Below, one piece after another: positions 10,696-24,200 of a stretch of 62,000 bases of DNA. Every line of letters starts with the position of its first letter. Position 1 is the stretch's first letter. The stretch comes from Wallemia ichthyophaga EXF-994 (lineage: Eukaryota > Fungi > Basidiomycota). The notes below the pieces were generated by a model. The model ran no database searches. It had not been told where the DNA came from and saw only the letters and a program-made list of their open reading frames with translations. A program made the position numbers and the translations under genes. The stretch spans positions 429,656-491,655 of the forward strand of contig NW_008806275.1 in the NCBI RefSeq assembly GCF_000400465.1, read 5' to 3'.

Positions 10696-13392
10696 TCAAA
10701 CCATCATTACATCCAATCTCGACAGCTGTTGGAGGACATCGCTTGAGATTCTGAATCTGAGCAGTCCAACGAACATCATGAGTGTGCGAGCTTTCGCACG
10801 GAGTTGACCCATTTTCTGTAATTTCAAGTTGTCAGTATGGATGAAGATTTTCTGAAGTAACTGCCAACTCACGTTTTGTCTAGAAGTGTCCCCGAATGGA
10901 GATTCCTTCAAGTTGGCGTGTATTTTGAAGAGGATGTTCATAGTGACGAGAAGAATATCAGAGAAGTTCCTCGATATACTCTCATTGATTTCTTTAAAGT
11001 CTTCCGCTTTCCTTGTGATTGAAATAACGTCACCAGACAGAGGAATAATGTTGAGTTGTTCAATACCATCGAGAGCGAAATCCAATTGAGATTGTTCGTA
11101 ATGCTTGAGAATCTCCTTCAACTTTAGAAGGACTTGCAATGTTTCCCTGTTATTCTTGTCTACTCTGTGCGCGATACGTGCATCTCTCTTGTAGTGGCTG
11201 AGTATGTTATTCGACAATTCAAACAGCTCATCTTGGCTTCTATCGTTAGGGTTCGAGTAAAGAGACAAGCCGAGCTCATGACAGAGTACGAGGATAACCT
11301 TGTTGTACTCTTCCGACAAGTTGTACAGCAAGATTGCATCTCTTGTACGCTTCTCGAGCTCGGCCTTATGTGCTGAAGCCTTAACGATGTTGACGAGGAA
11401 ATCTCTTTGGTTGTCGAGGCTGATAAGACTGAGATCCTTCTCTATCATCCCCTGCAACTTTGTACCATCAGGTTTGATCTCGCCCACTAACTCAGTATAC
11501 GCTCTAGTCTCCAATACGAGGTCTTTGATGTAGGCGTGGCAGAGTGCTATTTGCTGCTTGTTGACTGGGGTTGGGGCATCACTATTGAGGCATATAAGAT
11601 AAAGGTATTGCAATGCCTCGCATGGGTCCGTTTTAGCGAAGATGCGCGTATATCTCTGTATCATTCTCGCAAAGTCGAGCGTAGGCTGACCGTTTGCGTC
11701 TGCTGTGACTGTTGGTATGTGAGTGAGTGTGAGTGTTTGTACCTAATGATGTAAGCTTCACTTACGCAGTTCGATCTCAGACGTGTGGGACTTCTCGGGT
11801 GCACGCAGCAGACCGTAGTATGAAAGAGCGACAGCGAAGTGGACAGCATCGACTTGGTACTGGACATTGTTGTAGAGGTACGCCACGGCGCGCTCGAACT
11901 GACCGCATAAAAGCAATACTGTGAAATACTTGATGGGATTATTACCCTTCGGGTCGAAATGCTTATCACCAAATTTGAGAAGCAGTCCGGCTAATTCTCT
12001 CAGCCCGAATGATTCAGATGGCGAGTCTTCGCCTGGTGCGCTCTCTCTGACGAGCGACAACTGCAGCCACAACCAATCTTCAGTTGTGGTTGTGATGGAT
12101 TGTAAGTTACGTCTTGATAGTTCTGCTCTTCCAACCAATTTGTAGAGTGCATATTTGTACGGATCAATTGAGCCTGACTCAGCAGCGAAACGTATTCTTG
12201 TGTTGTATGTTGACATGAATCTGTCATGAAGTTGTCTCGGCAAGCGCTGATGAGGAGAGTCGAGCCATGATTTGAAGTACGGGACGAATTCTCTCTCAGT
12301 CTTACCAAGAGCCTCTTCGTTTTCAATAGCCAAGTCTAAGGCTTCATTGGGATGACCGGTGCGCAAGAGGGTAAAGAGCATAGCCCAGAGAGGCTGACCA
12401 GAGATAATCTCTATCTTAGGATCAGACCAACCACCATTCTTTGCGTACTTGACATTGAGGAAACCTCTGACCTTGTTTTGAATGAGTGGCAAGCCACCAA
12501 CCTGAGCTTGTGAAGGATTTTGAATGATGATCTTCTCAATGTACTTCAAGTATTGATGTTCCAAGAAGTGCTTGGAGCCAGTTGTCCAAAGAGTGCGAAG
12601 ATTGCGCGCCTCGTCAGATTCAGAGGATTGGTGGAGGTATGAGTTTGAGTATTCTCTTTGGGAGAGTGCAGCTCTCTGAAATTCACCGTTAACGACAGAC
12701 TTCTCTCTTAAGGAAGAAGCGAGCAGTTGCCAGCAGTCGTGGATCTGGTTTGAACGAGTGTCAGTGGTTGAGAGAGACTTGGCAATCGATGATAGCTCAG
12801 ATATGATTGGATAGTTGTAGGCTTGCAAGCGATACTCGTTAAGCTTCTTGACGAGATTAGCGTAGCTGTTCATGCGCGTGTTAACAGCTAGAGTGGTTGA
12901 AGGGATGGTGGAGTAAGAGGAGGACTGTTGTGGGATGAAATCGACGTCATTAGAGTAAGAATGCTGTCCTAGCTCCTCGAATAAGAGAGACAGCCTTTTG
13001 TTCCAGGAAGATTGAAGATTTTCAGATAAATTGGATTGAAATTGATTAACAGTATCTCTCCTGCCTTCCTCAATGGTGGATATAATAGTTTGTTCATATT
13101 GATGTCTCAAGTAGCCGTCTAAATCGCTATCAAGCAACGGTTGAAGAGGTTCAAACGTGTTATTGAGATTGTTGTTGATTGTAAATATCTTATCTGATAA
13201 ATCACTCGCGTTTAAGCCACCAGATGCCAATAGATAATGTACTCTGCTATCAATATCACCTCTCTGCTTATGGACCAACTTCTTGGACTGGTTCTCGATC
13301 TGATCCAAGCCGAGGTGTATCTGCGGTAGATCTGGCTTGGATAGATGGCTCGTAAGAGTTCTCGACTGCGCTAATAAATCCGCCAACGACAT
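10696..13392 (-). CDS. NIC96: Nucleoporin Nic96/Nup93 (two introns)
   Basis: MSLADLLAQSRTLTSHL...LPQIHLGLDQIENQS, LWAMLFTLLRTG, DPYKYALYKLVGR, TTEDWLWLQL, LLLCGQFERAVAYL, DAVHFAVALSYYGLL and FARMIQRYTR...EALQYL. Confidence 0.93.
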
Positions 13393-13467
13393 GAAGGTAT
13401 TTTTTAACCACGTCGTCAGCACAAACGGCCATCTTGAAAAATAAGTTTATAAATACCAGTATAAACT

Positions 13468-14232
13468 ATGGGCAATCCGCATTATGACTTTTTAATGTGA
13501 GTATTTCCGTGGCTCAATTTCCCAGTATATGGCTTACAGTCCCAGTAAACGTGTGTACCCCAAGTTATTGAATATACGCCACTAAGCACCCCCCGCAGTT
13601 CTTCTTATCGGTGATTCTGGCGTTGGTAAATCCTGTCTCCTTCTCCGCTTCTGTGACGATGCATGGACGCCATCATTCATCACAACGATTGGTATCGATT
13701 TCAAGATCAGAACGATAGAATTGGATGGGAAGAGAATTAAGTTACAGATTGTGAGTTGATATCCCTCCTATTCACATACACCATTATAACACATCATCAG
13801 TGGGATACTGCCGGTCAAGAGCGCTTTAGAACTATCACTACCGCTTATTATAGAGGCGCAATGGGTATTTTACTCGTTTATGACGTTACAGACGAGCGCA
13901 GCTTCAACAACGTTAGAACTTGGCATTCAAATGTCGTTCAATACGCTTCTGAAGGCGTTAATAAGATATTAGTTGGTAATAAATGCGATTGGGATGAGAA
14001 GCGCGCTATTTCTCAAGACCAGGGCAAAGAATTGGCTGATAGCTTGGAAATTAAGTTCATTGAAACATCCGCAAAGAATAACATCGGCGTTGAAGACGCT
14101 TTCTTTAGCTTAGCACGTGATATCAAGTCAAGACTCATCGACAGCCAGTCTTCAAACTCCAATAACAATTCCTCAAACGTCAAAGTCGACGCAAATCAAA
14201 ATCAACCCGCTACCTCTGGTGGTTGTTGCTAA
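13468..14232 (+). CDS. SEC4: Rab GTPase Sec4/Ypt2/Rab8 (exons 13468-13496, 13546-13550, 13599-~13751, ~13801-14232)
   Basis: [66 protein letters not shown] and a C-terminal GGCC prenylation motif. Confidence 0.95.
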
Positions 14233-14309
14233 CGCAATTCCCTTACTCAATTTCATTTCAATATCTGTTGATTCTCATTTATAACGTACTTTACATTTTC
14301 TTTGTTTAT

Positions 14310-17300
14310 TTATTCGGTTTGTGGTGCATACGGATCAGCTGTATATGTCTGATACATTTGCTCTTGTTCTTCTTGCTCATATACCGCTTGCTGTTGTTGC
14401 TGTTGTTGCTGTTGTTGCTGCTGCTGCTGATTAAAAGCTTGTTGTTGATAATACATAGGATCTGCGATAAATGCGCCTGCATCAACGCCTCCATATCCAG
14501 CTGGTGCCCGATACGTTGCATGCGGCATATCAGTGTTAGGCATTTGTCCCGAATTCTGACCAAGAGGTACTCCCATCATATGTTGTGGCTGTGGTTGAGG
14601 TTGTGGTTGTGCCTGCATCTGAGCTTGTGCTTGTAGAGGTGGCTGCGCTGCTTGTTGCTGTTGAATTGGCACTGCATACTGCGCCGCAGCACCCAATACC
14701 TGTGCTGCCTGCACAGGCTCTAATGCTTCAGCTGGCATCTCCGATCCAGGCACGCCTGTATTGTACACCTTCTCATTCCACGCCTGATCCATTCCTGCTT
14801 GCAATGCATCTGCATCTTCTGCAACCCATGATCCCGGTTCGTTGTATGTGTTAGCATTAGCACACATCAAGTGGAAGTCACTCAAACACTCCCTTGCATT
14901 CTGGTATGACTTCCTGTCGATCTTGCGCTTAATCGTGTTTAGTGCCACTGGGTTCTTGATCAGGAGTGCATAGTCAGGGTACAGCTAGTCACTTTGTTAG
15001 CCTTTTCTAATTTGCTCAAACACCACTCACCTTCTTCGATGGTACTTCACGGAAAAGATCACTCCTTGGTCTACCATCTTCGTCCGTCAACGTCCAAACC
15101 ACGTCGAAGAAAGGCAAAAGGACCTTCTTCAGACGTTCCTTGGTCTCCCCATCAACACCTGCCTTCTTCTTTTTGTTCGTAGGTTCAGTCTCTTCAATAT
15201 CGACATTTGGAGTACCAACAGTGGTATTGCGTTTGCGTTTGCCCATTGGAAGACTTGGGGCTGGTGTGGAAGTCTTAGTCGAAGGTCTGCTGCGTTTGCT
15301 ACCAGCGTCCAACTCAGGTGACTCGTCAGGTGGAGGTATTTGAGGCTGCTGTTGAGCCATATCGCGCTTCTGTCTAGATGCTTCTTCGATAGTGGTACCA
15401 TCATTTTCAAGCGCATTCACCCATTGTTCTTCAGTAAGACCATCGTCGTACACAACACAAGCACGCGCAGCACGCGCTCTTCTGCCCCCCTCTAAAGCCT
15501 CCTGATCAGCCTCAATAATAGGATTCCATTTGAATGTCGTTCTGTAGATTTCCGGTAATTCTCCATCTGTAATTAATCTTCCAACATTATCAATAGGCAA
15601 GCCCTTCATTTGATTGAACAGCTTGTCATTCTCTGCTCTCTCCCTGTCCATTCTATTGAAGACATCTATTTCACCTTCTCCTCTAGCGAGCAGCTCGTTG
15701 ATTTCATCATCATTCATATCACCAGCTTCTTCTTCCTCTTCTGCTTCTTGTTCGAGGATAGATCTCAGGAAATCCTCACGCTCTTCAGCTGTCGATTTGT
15801 TGTCGAATTTACCTGCTTGGATAACCTTGCCGTCTATTTCCAACTTATACTGTGCACGTGCAAGAATCTGCTCTTCGACAGAACGTTCAGTGATCAATCT
15901 CAATATCCTAACTTCCTTCTTCTGTCCAATTCTGTGAGCACGGTCTTGAGCCTGAAGATCAGCGTGTGGATTCCAGTCTGAGTCGAAGATAATGACTGTG
16001 TCTGCTGATTGAAGGTTAAGACCTAAACCACCAGCTCTTGTAGAAAGCAAGAAGACAAAGTAATCAGAGTCAAGATCGTTAAATTTGTTCAACAAACTCG
16101 ATCTCTCTTCTGTCTTTGTTGATCCATCTAAACGCAAGTGTTTCAACCCTCTCCACGCAAGATAGTCTTCCATGATTGTCATAATAGCTGTCATTTGGAA
16201 GAAAATTAAAACTCTGTGACCAGTTGCCTTCAACTTTGGCAATATTCTATCAAGTAGCTCAAATTTACCTGCTACTCTATACAACTTGTCATCCGAGATT
16301 GAAGCTGGGTTCACTGCACTCTCGATGGCATCAAAAACGAATGGATGGTTAACAATCTTACGGAGTTGCATGATCGTGTTCTGGAGACCTTTAATTCCAG
16401 CCTTGTTGGATCCACCAACGGCGCCATTCTTGTCTGTTGTTGCAATGGATGCCATTTGACCATACTTCTTCATCTGTTCATACAGGGTGATCTGAAGTGG
16501 ACTCATTCTACACTTAACAACCTTCTCCACCTTGTCAGGAAGATCTTTCTCGACATCCTTCTTCAGACGGCGCAATAGGAACGGACGCAAAACTTTATGG
16601 AGACGTTTGATCTAAGGTCATTTAGCATTGTATTGTTTAACTTAATCTCACTACTTACGACAAGCAAACTTTCTTCTTCATTCAAATCCATTTTCTCGTT
16701 TGTTCCAGTATTGGCGAATGGAGTATTGAACCACTCATCAAAAGACTTGACACTGTTGAAGATCTTCGGCAAGACAAAGTTAAGTAAAGCCCACAGCTCT
16801 GGGAGGTTGTTCTGAAGTGGTGTACCAGTCAAGATTAATCTGTAACGGGTCTTATAGAACGTTTGAAGAGTTTGTGAGAGTTTTGATTCAGTATTCTTAA
16901 GACGGTGACCTTCGTCCATTATCATGAAAACCCAGTTGTATTTACTGAGTACTGGACGATCCTTGATGACATATTCAAATGTAGTCAAAAGGACTTGGAA
17001 ACCTTGTCTCATGCGATTTTGTGTTGCCTTCCTCTGCTGAGGAGGACCCTTGTACACTGCCACAGATACTGCTGGTGCCCACTTCTCAAATTCCATAGCC
17101 CAGTTGGTCAGCGTAGACAGGGGTACAATGATCAAGTACGGTCCGTTTTGTCTTTTGCGTTCGATGAGGAAAGTAACTAGTGAGATTGTTTGAATTGTTT
17201 TACCAAGACCCATCTCGTCAGCAAGTATACCATTAAGGCGATTATTGTACAACGAAGTCATCCATTGAAGACCCTTCAATTGATACTCCTTCAACTGACC

Positions 17301-18946
17301 ACCAATAAGAATGGAAGGTTGAGTTGTAACCTTCTCGCTGACACGGTGTGCGACGGCGTAGTAGTCCACACTAGTTTTACCCTGATCCTCAGTCTCATCA
17401 TCTTGACGTCTACCACCGAATGTAGCCTCTGTAGCAGGACCATCTTCAACCTCGAAGTTTACATTATCCTCCATACCGACTTCATTCTGTTGAGCAAGGA
17501 CGCTTTGTGTAAGCGAGTCGAGGTAAGTATCTGTTTGCGAAAGAAGATGAGTAATTCTTGTGTCCTTGGCGGTATCGATCAACTTCAAGTAAGCTTCTTC
17601 ATCATCGTTTCGAAGAGCAGCAAGACGCTCCTTGGAGACTCTTTCAACGCGTTTCTGCTCTTCCTTTTCTACATCTCCGTGCAGCTTGAGTACCGCTCTG
17701 CCCATTTTATGTGATTTACCAACAGCGTCTCGATTAGCCTGACGAAGGTTGTTGGCGTGATTGTGGATAGACATTATGTAATCGAGATGCTTCTGGCGAC
17801 TCTTTCTGTCGCGCTCGCTACGCTGCTTCCTCTCGAGCTGCTCAGTTGCTCGTGCTTCTCTGAGTGACTGTTTCTTGAATCTGCGGAACGCAGTGCGATC
17901 AGTCGTCAGCAGTGTAGCGTGCGACTGAGCGCTGATGACGTCTTGGCGAAGAGCGCGCTGCTTCTCGACGAGCTTGAGTGCCTTCAGTTCGATAAGGGCC
18001 TTCATCTTATCTGAGGAGTTCAGACTGGTAAGCGAGTTAGGTTGAGGCTTCTCGTCTACTTCCTGAGGTGCTTTTTGGTCAAGCACGTCGTTGCCTGTGA
18101 CACTCGCTGGTTCGTCGGACGTCGTCGACGACATTCCCTCCAGCTCTTGTATACGCCAGTACATGCGTCTTTGTTGGAAACGGTTGCGCTCTTCGATCAG
18201 TTGGTATGGATCAATACCTAGTGGCATGACAGATGGGACAATGATACGCTGGTTCTTTGTGCTGCTTGAAGAAGACTCTGGACCTGCTTCAAGATAGACG
18301 AGTGGGCTGATGTACGATTCGTATTCGTGCGGTTTTTGAGCGGCATCCTTGCTTTCGATTGTATTGTTTACTTCAGAAACAGCGCCAATTGTCCTGTCGC
18401 GCAACGAGTCTTCTGGTGGAGGTGGAACGGGATACTGAGCTGGCTCAAACGCCTCTCTCTGGACGTGGTCTGGCACTGGAAGATTTTGACTAGCGTATTG
18501 GAAGGTAGCCATTTGGGCTTTTAAGGCGTTGACTTGTACAGGAGTGAGTGATTGAGGTGCTTGAGGTGTTTTATGAGCACCTCCTGCGAAAGATATTAGT
18601 AAAGATATGGGTAACAGTAGCACAAGCTCACCTGGCTGCTGCTGCTGTTGCTGCTGCTGTTGTTGAAGCTGCTGCTGGCGTGCTTGCTGGAATTGACCAA
18701 ACATTCTGAGGAAGTGGGCCAATTGGGCGTACTCGGGCGACGTGCGCTCATTCTGGCCTTGGGAGCGCAGGATGTTGAGCCTCTGTAAATATTATCAGTG
18801 ATGGCGTCAGTGGACAAAGAGGCACCAACTTGTATCATGGCTTGGACACGCTCACGGTTCATTACCTGAGAGATATTTGGTGGGAATTGCTGCTGCTGCT
18901 GGGCTGGCATATGCTGCGCCGGCCGATTAAATTGGCTGAAATCCAT
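14310..18946 (-). CDS. SNF2: SWI/SNF-RSC ATPase (Snf2/Sth1/BRG1 family): QLQ, HSA, helicase, SnAC and bromodomain
   Basis: LKAQMATFQY (QLQ), HSA region, GILADEMGLGKTIQT, DEGHRLKN, LTGTPLQNNLPELW, FLLSTRAGGLGLNLQ, QAQDRAHRIGQ and bromodomain YQNARECLSDFHLMCANANTYNEPGS. Confidence 0.95.
14389..14430 (-). repeat. CAG/CAA poly-glutamine tract near the C-terminus of the SNF2-family protein
   Basis: (CTG/TTG)n on the + strand, encoding QQQQQQQQQQQQQ. Confidence 0.85.
18632..18680 (-). repeat. CAG/CAA poly-glutamine tract in the N-terminal region of the SNF2-family protein
   Basis: ctgctgctgctgttgctgctgctgttgttgaagctgctgctg, encoding QQQLQQQQQQQQQQ. Confidence 0.8.
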
Positions 18947-19176
18947 CTTTATTTTATCTGCTATTATCAAGACGCGAACTTATTCCGCGTTTGAATCTCA
19001 ATAACTCAAAGAAAAGGCAGATGGTGGTTAAGAATAAAGCAGTGATTGGCTGAGTGGAATTTAAAAAATTAAATATTATTGTAGCCTGTACTGCTATATT
19101 TATATGCTGCATTTATTTTAATTATCTACTCGTTTCCGTTGCTGCCCCTTTGCTTCGAGTCTGAACGTTTATCGAG

Positions 19177-20157
19177 ATGCGATTTAATACGGTTTTAATG
19201 TCGGCATATACAAATCTTAAGGCTGATATGCCTCTGAGAAGCGTGCAGCTAATCTCTCTTCACCGTCCAAATGCCCTCAACGCTCTCAATCGTCATCTCA
19301 TGGCCGAGCTTGACGATGTCCTCCAGAAGGCGCAGAGCGACAGCCAAATCAAGTGTGTTGTACTTACTGGCTCCGAAAAAGCCTTTGCAGGTGTGTGAAA
19401 TACATTTTTGTAGCCCTTCTGACCCTCCCTAGCTGGCGCCGATATTAAGGAGATGAAGGACATCAGCTTCGTAGACGCTTACAAACAGGACTTCTTGAGC
19501 TCCTGGAACAAGATTCGTGAATTCAGGAAACCTCTTATCGGCGCAGTCTCTGGATATGCCGTGAGTGCTATGACGTCAATGATCTCATTAATCCATGTCT
19601 TTATTTTCAGCTCGGTGGTGGCTTTGAGGTTGCTATGGCTACAGATATTTTATTAGCTTCGAACAGTGCCAAATTTGGTCAGCCAGAGATCAACCTAGGT
19701 ATCATTCCAGGCGGTGGTGGCACACAGAGACTTATCAGAGCTGTTGGCAAAGCTAAGGCGATGGAGATGATACTCACAGGACGCATGATTAAAGCTCAAG
19801 AAGCTTGTGAAAGAGGTCTCGTTAGTCAGGTACTTGACGCTGAGCAGCTGATGCCTGAAGCACTGAAAGTGGCCGAGGAGATTGCCAACAAGTCTGCTAT
19901 CAGTGTCCAAGCAGCCAAAGAAGCTGTTAATGCAGGTAAGTTTGAGATTTATCTTCATTGATTCCGTTGATATAGATTAGCCCACGAGATGCCTCTGAGC
20001 GAGGGTCTCAGATTTGAGAGGAGACTGTTCCATCAGCTATTCGCTACCAAAGATCAGAAAGAGGGTATGTTACAACCACAAAAAGCGCTTCTTGCTGATA
20101 TTTCCAGGTATGTCTGCTTTCATCGAGAAACGCAAACCATCCTTCACCGACGAGTGA
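19177..20157 (+). CDS. Short-chain enoyl-CoA hydratase (crotonase family, ECHS1-like), 4 introns
   Basis: [70 protein letters not shown] and [12 protein letters not shown]. Confidence 0.92.
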
Positions 20158-20350
20158 TGAGGTAGGCAGTACAGACATGCTCTCGCTGTACTATAACCAA
20201 TCATTAGCATGTATAAAGACTTTAAATTACGATTCACGACCGTTTTCACATGTGAGAAAAGAAAGTGAAAATTTAGAATGTCCGGCATCGGGGTATCGCA
20301 AAGCGTAAAAAAGTAGCATGATGTACGCATTATCTTTTAGCTTAGTCACA

Positions 20351-21037
20351 ATGATTAAATTCGAAATATGGAGCTATCCAGGAGGTCCAAATCCATTCAA
20401 AGTTCTCAATTTTCTCGAGGAGTTAGGATTTACTCATCGTGCAGACTACATAATACACAACCTTGAGTTCGGGGATCATCCGCAAAGAGGTGTAAAAGGG
20501 GAATTCTTCCTACGCATTAACCCAAACGGAAGGGTACCTGCCTTGGTAGACCATAGAAATAACCACTTGGTCGTGTGGGAGAGTGGTGCGATTCTTCAGT
20601 ACCTCGCTAGACGATATGGACAAGAACAGTACATGGGAAAAGACCTCAACGAGCAAGCCGCGGTGACGCAATGGCTTGATTTTCAAATATCCGGACACGG
20701 TCCGATTCAAGGGCAAGTGAACTACTTCAAGCACTTTTGGAAGAGTGTTACAGGTGAGGATCCTCCGCCTCTCGTCATTAAGAGGTACGAGAATGAATGT
20801 TACCGCGTCTTCAGCGTGCTCGAAGGTCAATTGATCCGACAGAAGGCTGCTGGAAGTGACTTTATTGCACTTGATAGATACACCGTTGCGGACATTTCAT
20901 TCCACGGCTGGCTAAGGTTGACCAACGTCGCTCAGCTGTCCTTTGAGCAGTTTCCTCTTGTCCAGGCCTGGGTAGAGAGAATGGAAAAGCGGCCGTCGAC
21001 TCAACGTGCGGCTCTAGCACAAGCTAGTCAAGTGTAA
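20351..21037 (+). CDS. Glutathione S-transferase, Ure2p-like class (intronless)
   Basis: GGPNPFKVLNFLEELG, INPNGRVPALVD, VWESGAILQYLA, WLDFQISGHGP and YTVADISF. Confidence 0.92.
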   Translation: MIKFEIWSYPGGPNPFKVLNFLEELGFTHRADYIIHNLEFGDHPQRGVKGEFFLRINPNGRVPALVDHRNNHLVVWESGAILQYLARRYGQEQYMGKDLNEQAAVTQWLDFQISGHGPIQGQVNYFKHFWKSVTGEDPPPLVIKRYENECYRVFSVLEGQLIRQKAAGSDFIALDRYTVADISFHGWLRLTNVAQLSFEQFPLVQAWVERMEKRPSTQRAALAQASQV

Positions 21038-21218
21038 GTGCCTGGGAATATCGGGCAAGTATTGTAATCGATATGTCAAATGTCAAATGCCATCGCCAGA
21101 ACGGATATTATGTGTGATGAGAAAAATATAATTACGTTGAGAGAATAATCTGCATGCTCCGAGTAAACCTTGTTGCATCCCTCCGTTTCAACCCAAAAGT
21201 CTCTTATCTCAAACGGTC

Positions 21219-24200
21219 ATGCAGACGTCGCTTCTGCATAATCTCCTACTGCTGCCACTGGCAGTGCCAATTGCGTACAGAGCTGCACGTCGACCAGCCA
21301 TAGCTCTTCAAGATAATGTCGCTTCCCTGCATAACTCCAAGGCAGAGAATGCGTTCAACATCGCAAGCACTTACTTCCGTATTGAGAATGATATGATTTT
21401 AAACCAAGTGCACAAAATACATCCAATTAAGGGATACAGATTCTACAATAGATGTTTCTCCATTGTGGAGTTCAGTGTAGCGCTCGCCTCACTTATCACA
21501 CTCTCTACTAATCGTCCGCAAATCCTTACTCTACTACCACTATATGCTTACTGGGTGTACTTGGGCTTCATTGCGCTCGAAAGCTCCTTCACCAGCAATT
21601 TCAACTTTGAGAGACTTGTCCTGGGATCACTCTACTTGGTGATCAATGCAATTATTTACGGTTTTAGAACATCTTTTCCATCAAATATCCGCGAATACCT
21701 AATTCTTGCGTTCGCAGTAACATATATCCTCCCATCAATCTTCCTTCCTTACCAGACCGACAATGTCTCAACCAAGGCACAAGGTGGTCCAAAAACCCCA
21801 GCTGCGCTAGAAGAACCAACAAGCGTACTCAGCAGAATCAGCTTCTTCTACATAGATCCATACATCTTCAAACACTTCCGCATTCCAGTCAACCACCAAT
21901 CTCAGATCCCTTCGCTGCGTTCTGACAACCTCACCAGCTACATCTTATTAAAATTCAGATCCCTTTCCAGTACTCCACCTACCGTCACTAACTTTGTTCC
22001 ACGTTTGTTCAAATGCTTCAGGCGCGACTTAGGGTACATGGTTGTCATGTCGGCTTTCAAGTCTGTTTGCACGCTATCAGCACCTTTTTGTCTTCAGCGT
22101 ATTCTGAAACACATCAGCAGTCGTGGTGATGGTACGCGTGACCATGAGGCTTTTCTATTCGCTTTCCTTTTGTTTGTCGGTCAGGTGGCAGGCTCTCTCT
22201 TTAATCAGCAGGCTCTACTTATTGGTCGGAAACTCTGTATCAACCTTCGCTCTACTTTAATATCTGAGGTCTTCCTCAAGTCACTGAGAAGGAAATACAG
22301 TCAAGGCGAAAAGAAAAGCGAAAAGGAAGATGAGTCTACTGAAGAGAGTGAGAGTAAGGAAGAATCATCGAGCTCCTCAAATGAGGGTAGAATCATCAAT
22401 CTGGTTTCCGTAGATGCGTTCAAAGTGAGTTTCCTTATACCGTAAATGACAAAATTGACACCTTATAGACATCAGAAATTTCTGCATATTTGCACTTTGT
22501 GTTCCCAGAGTGTCCCCTTACCATTGTTCTCGCAATCACCGGTCTGTACCAATTGCTCGGCAAATCAGCCTTGGTCGGAATTTCGGTCCTCTTACTCACC
22601 ATTCCACTCACCTACTTTGTCAACCGCATCTTTATCAAGATTCAGACAGAGCTTTTGCAGAAGATTGATGCTAGATTAGATCTCGCAACTGAAGTATTGT
22701 CGAATATTCACTTGGTTAAGCTGAATGCTTGGGAGGATAGACTGATTGAGAAGATGAACATTACAAGAGCGAAAGAGCTGAGCGTCTTGAAGAAAAGATT
22801 CGCTGCATGGATTTTGAACGGCATTTTGATGTGGGGCACTCCAATTGCCGTGACTGTTTGCACTTTTATGGCACATACAAAGCTTTTTGGTCAGGTACTG
22901 ATATCTCAAGAAGCTTTCACAGCTCTTTTGTTGTTTAGGTGGGTTAGACTTCCGAAATTGTCAAATCCTCTAACCCAAATCGAAGTATTCTGAGATTCCC
23001 ACTCGAGGTTCTGCCTGAAGTTATCGTACACGTCCTCCAAGCAAAGATCTCGTGCGAGCGTATTGCTGAATATATCAATAACGAAGCGGATACTTCCAAG
23101 TACCAACAACTCAGTGGTCCAAAGGATATTGGAGATCCTACAATTGGTTTCAAGAACGCAACTCTCGTTTATGAAGGCGATGGCAGCCAAGGATTTGCAT
23201 TACGCAAGTTCAACCTTGACTTCCCTGTTAGCAAATTTAGCGTGGTTGCAGGTCCAGTCGGAAGTGGAAAGACTTCACTTTTAGATTCTTTGCTCGGTGA
23301 ATTATCTTTGATAGATGGGCGAGTGTTCATGCCGTGCTCGATGAATGCGGATGAGGTCGTCACAGATGAGCGCACAGGGCTAAAGGATGCTGTAGCATAC
23401 GCACCTCAAGCGCCTTTCTTATTGAGCACTACCATCAAAGAAAACATACTGTTCGGATCTCCATTCAACAAGAATCGTTACGACAAAGTGCTCAAGGCAT
23501 GTGCTCTTCTTCCAGACCTTGCCTTGTTTGACGACGGTGATGAGACGGAAGTTGGCGAGAAGGGTACTACTTGCTCAGGTGGACAGAAAGCTAGAATCGC
23601 ACTTGCAAGAGCCATTTACTCATCAGCAAAACATGTTCTCCTTGATGATGTTCTCTCTGCTGTCGATTCTCAAACCGGTCAAAACCTCCTCAAAAATGCT
23701 CTCCTAGGTCCACTTATGCGCAACCGTACTGTCATCCTTGTTACTCACCACGTCGCCATGTGTGCTGCAAAAGCTTCATATGTCGTCTTCTTACGGGATG
23801 GCTTGGTCGACGGGGCTGGTACACCCGTTGAGCTCCAAAAGCAGGGTCTTTTGGATGTTAGCCATGACGAAATCGAGCAAAATCCACCTGAAGAACCCAA
23901 GGCCAATGAAGCACATGACAAGAGACTTGAGACAGTTCAAGGTGGCCACCATCTCATCTCTAACAATATTATGGTTGAGGGATATGCAACCCCAACTCTT
24001 GACAAGAGGAGTCATTCGATAGCAGATGGCGAAGAGGCACCAGAATCTGATAACATTGCTCCAAAGAAGACTCGAATCGAAGAAGAGAAGAAAAGCGAGG
24101 GCGCCGTCAGTGCCAAAGTATACAAGCTCTATGCTGCTTCGCTTGGTGGCGGTATATTCTGGTCAATTATGTTTTTCACTTTCATTGGTGCGCAAACCTC

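Noticed and set aside
14223-14636. Poly-Leu 137-aa plus-strand ORF that looks like a membrane protein
   Set aside because: It is the antisense reading of the CAG/CAA polyQ tract of the SNF2-family gene.
23566-23590. ABC signature CSGGQ instead of LSGGQ in NBD1 of the ABCC transporter
   Set aside because: The first signature position is variable, SGGQ is intact, and ABCC NBDs are commonly asymmetric.
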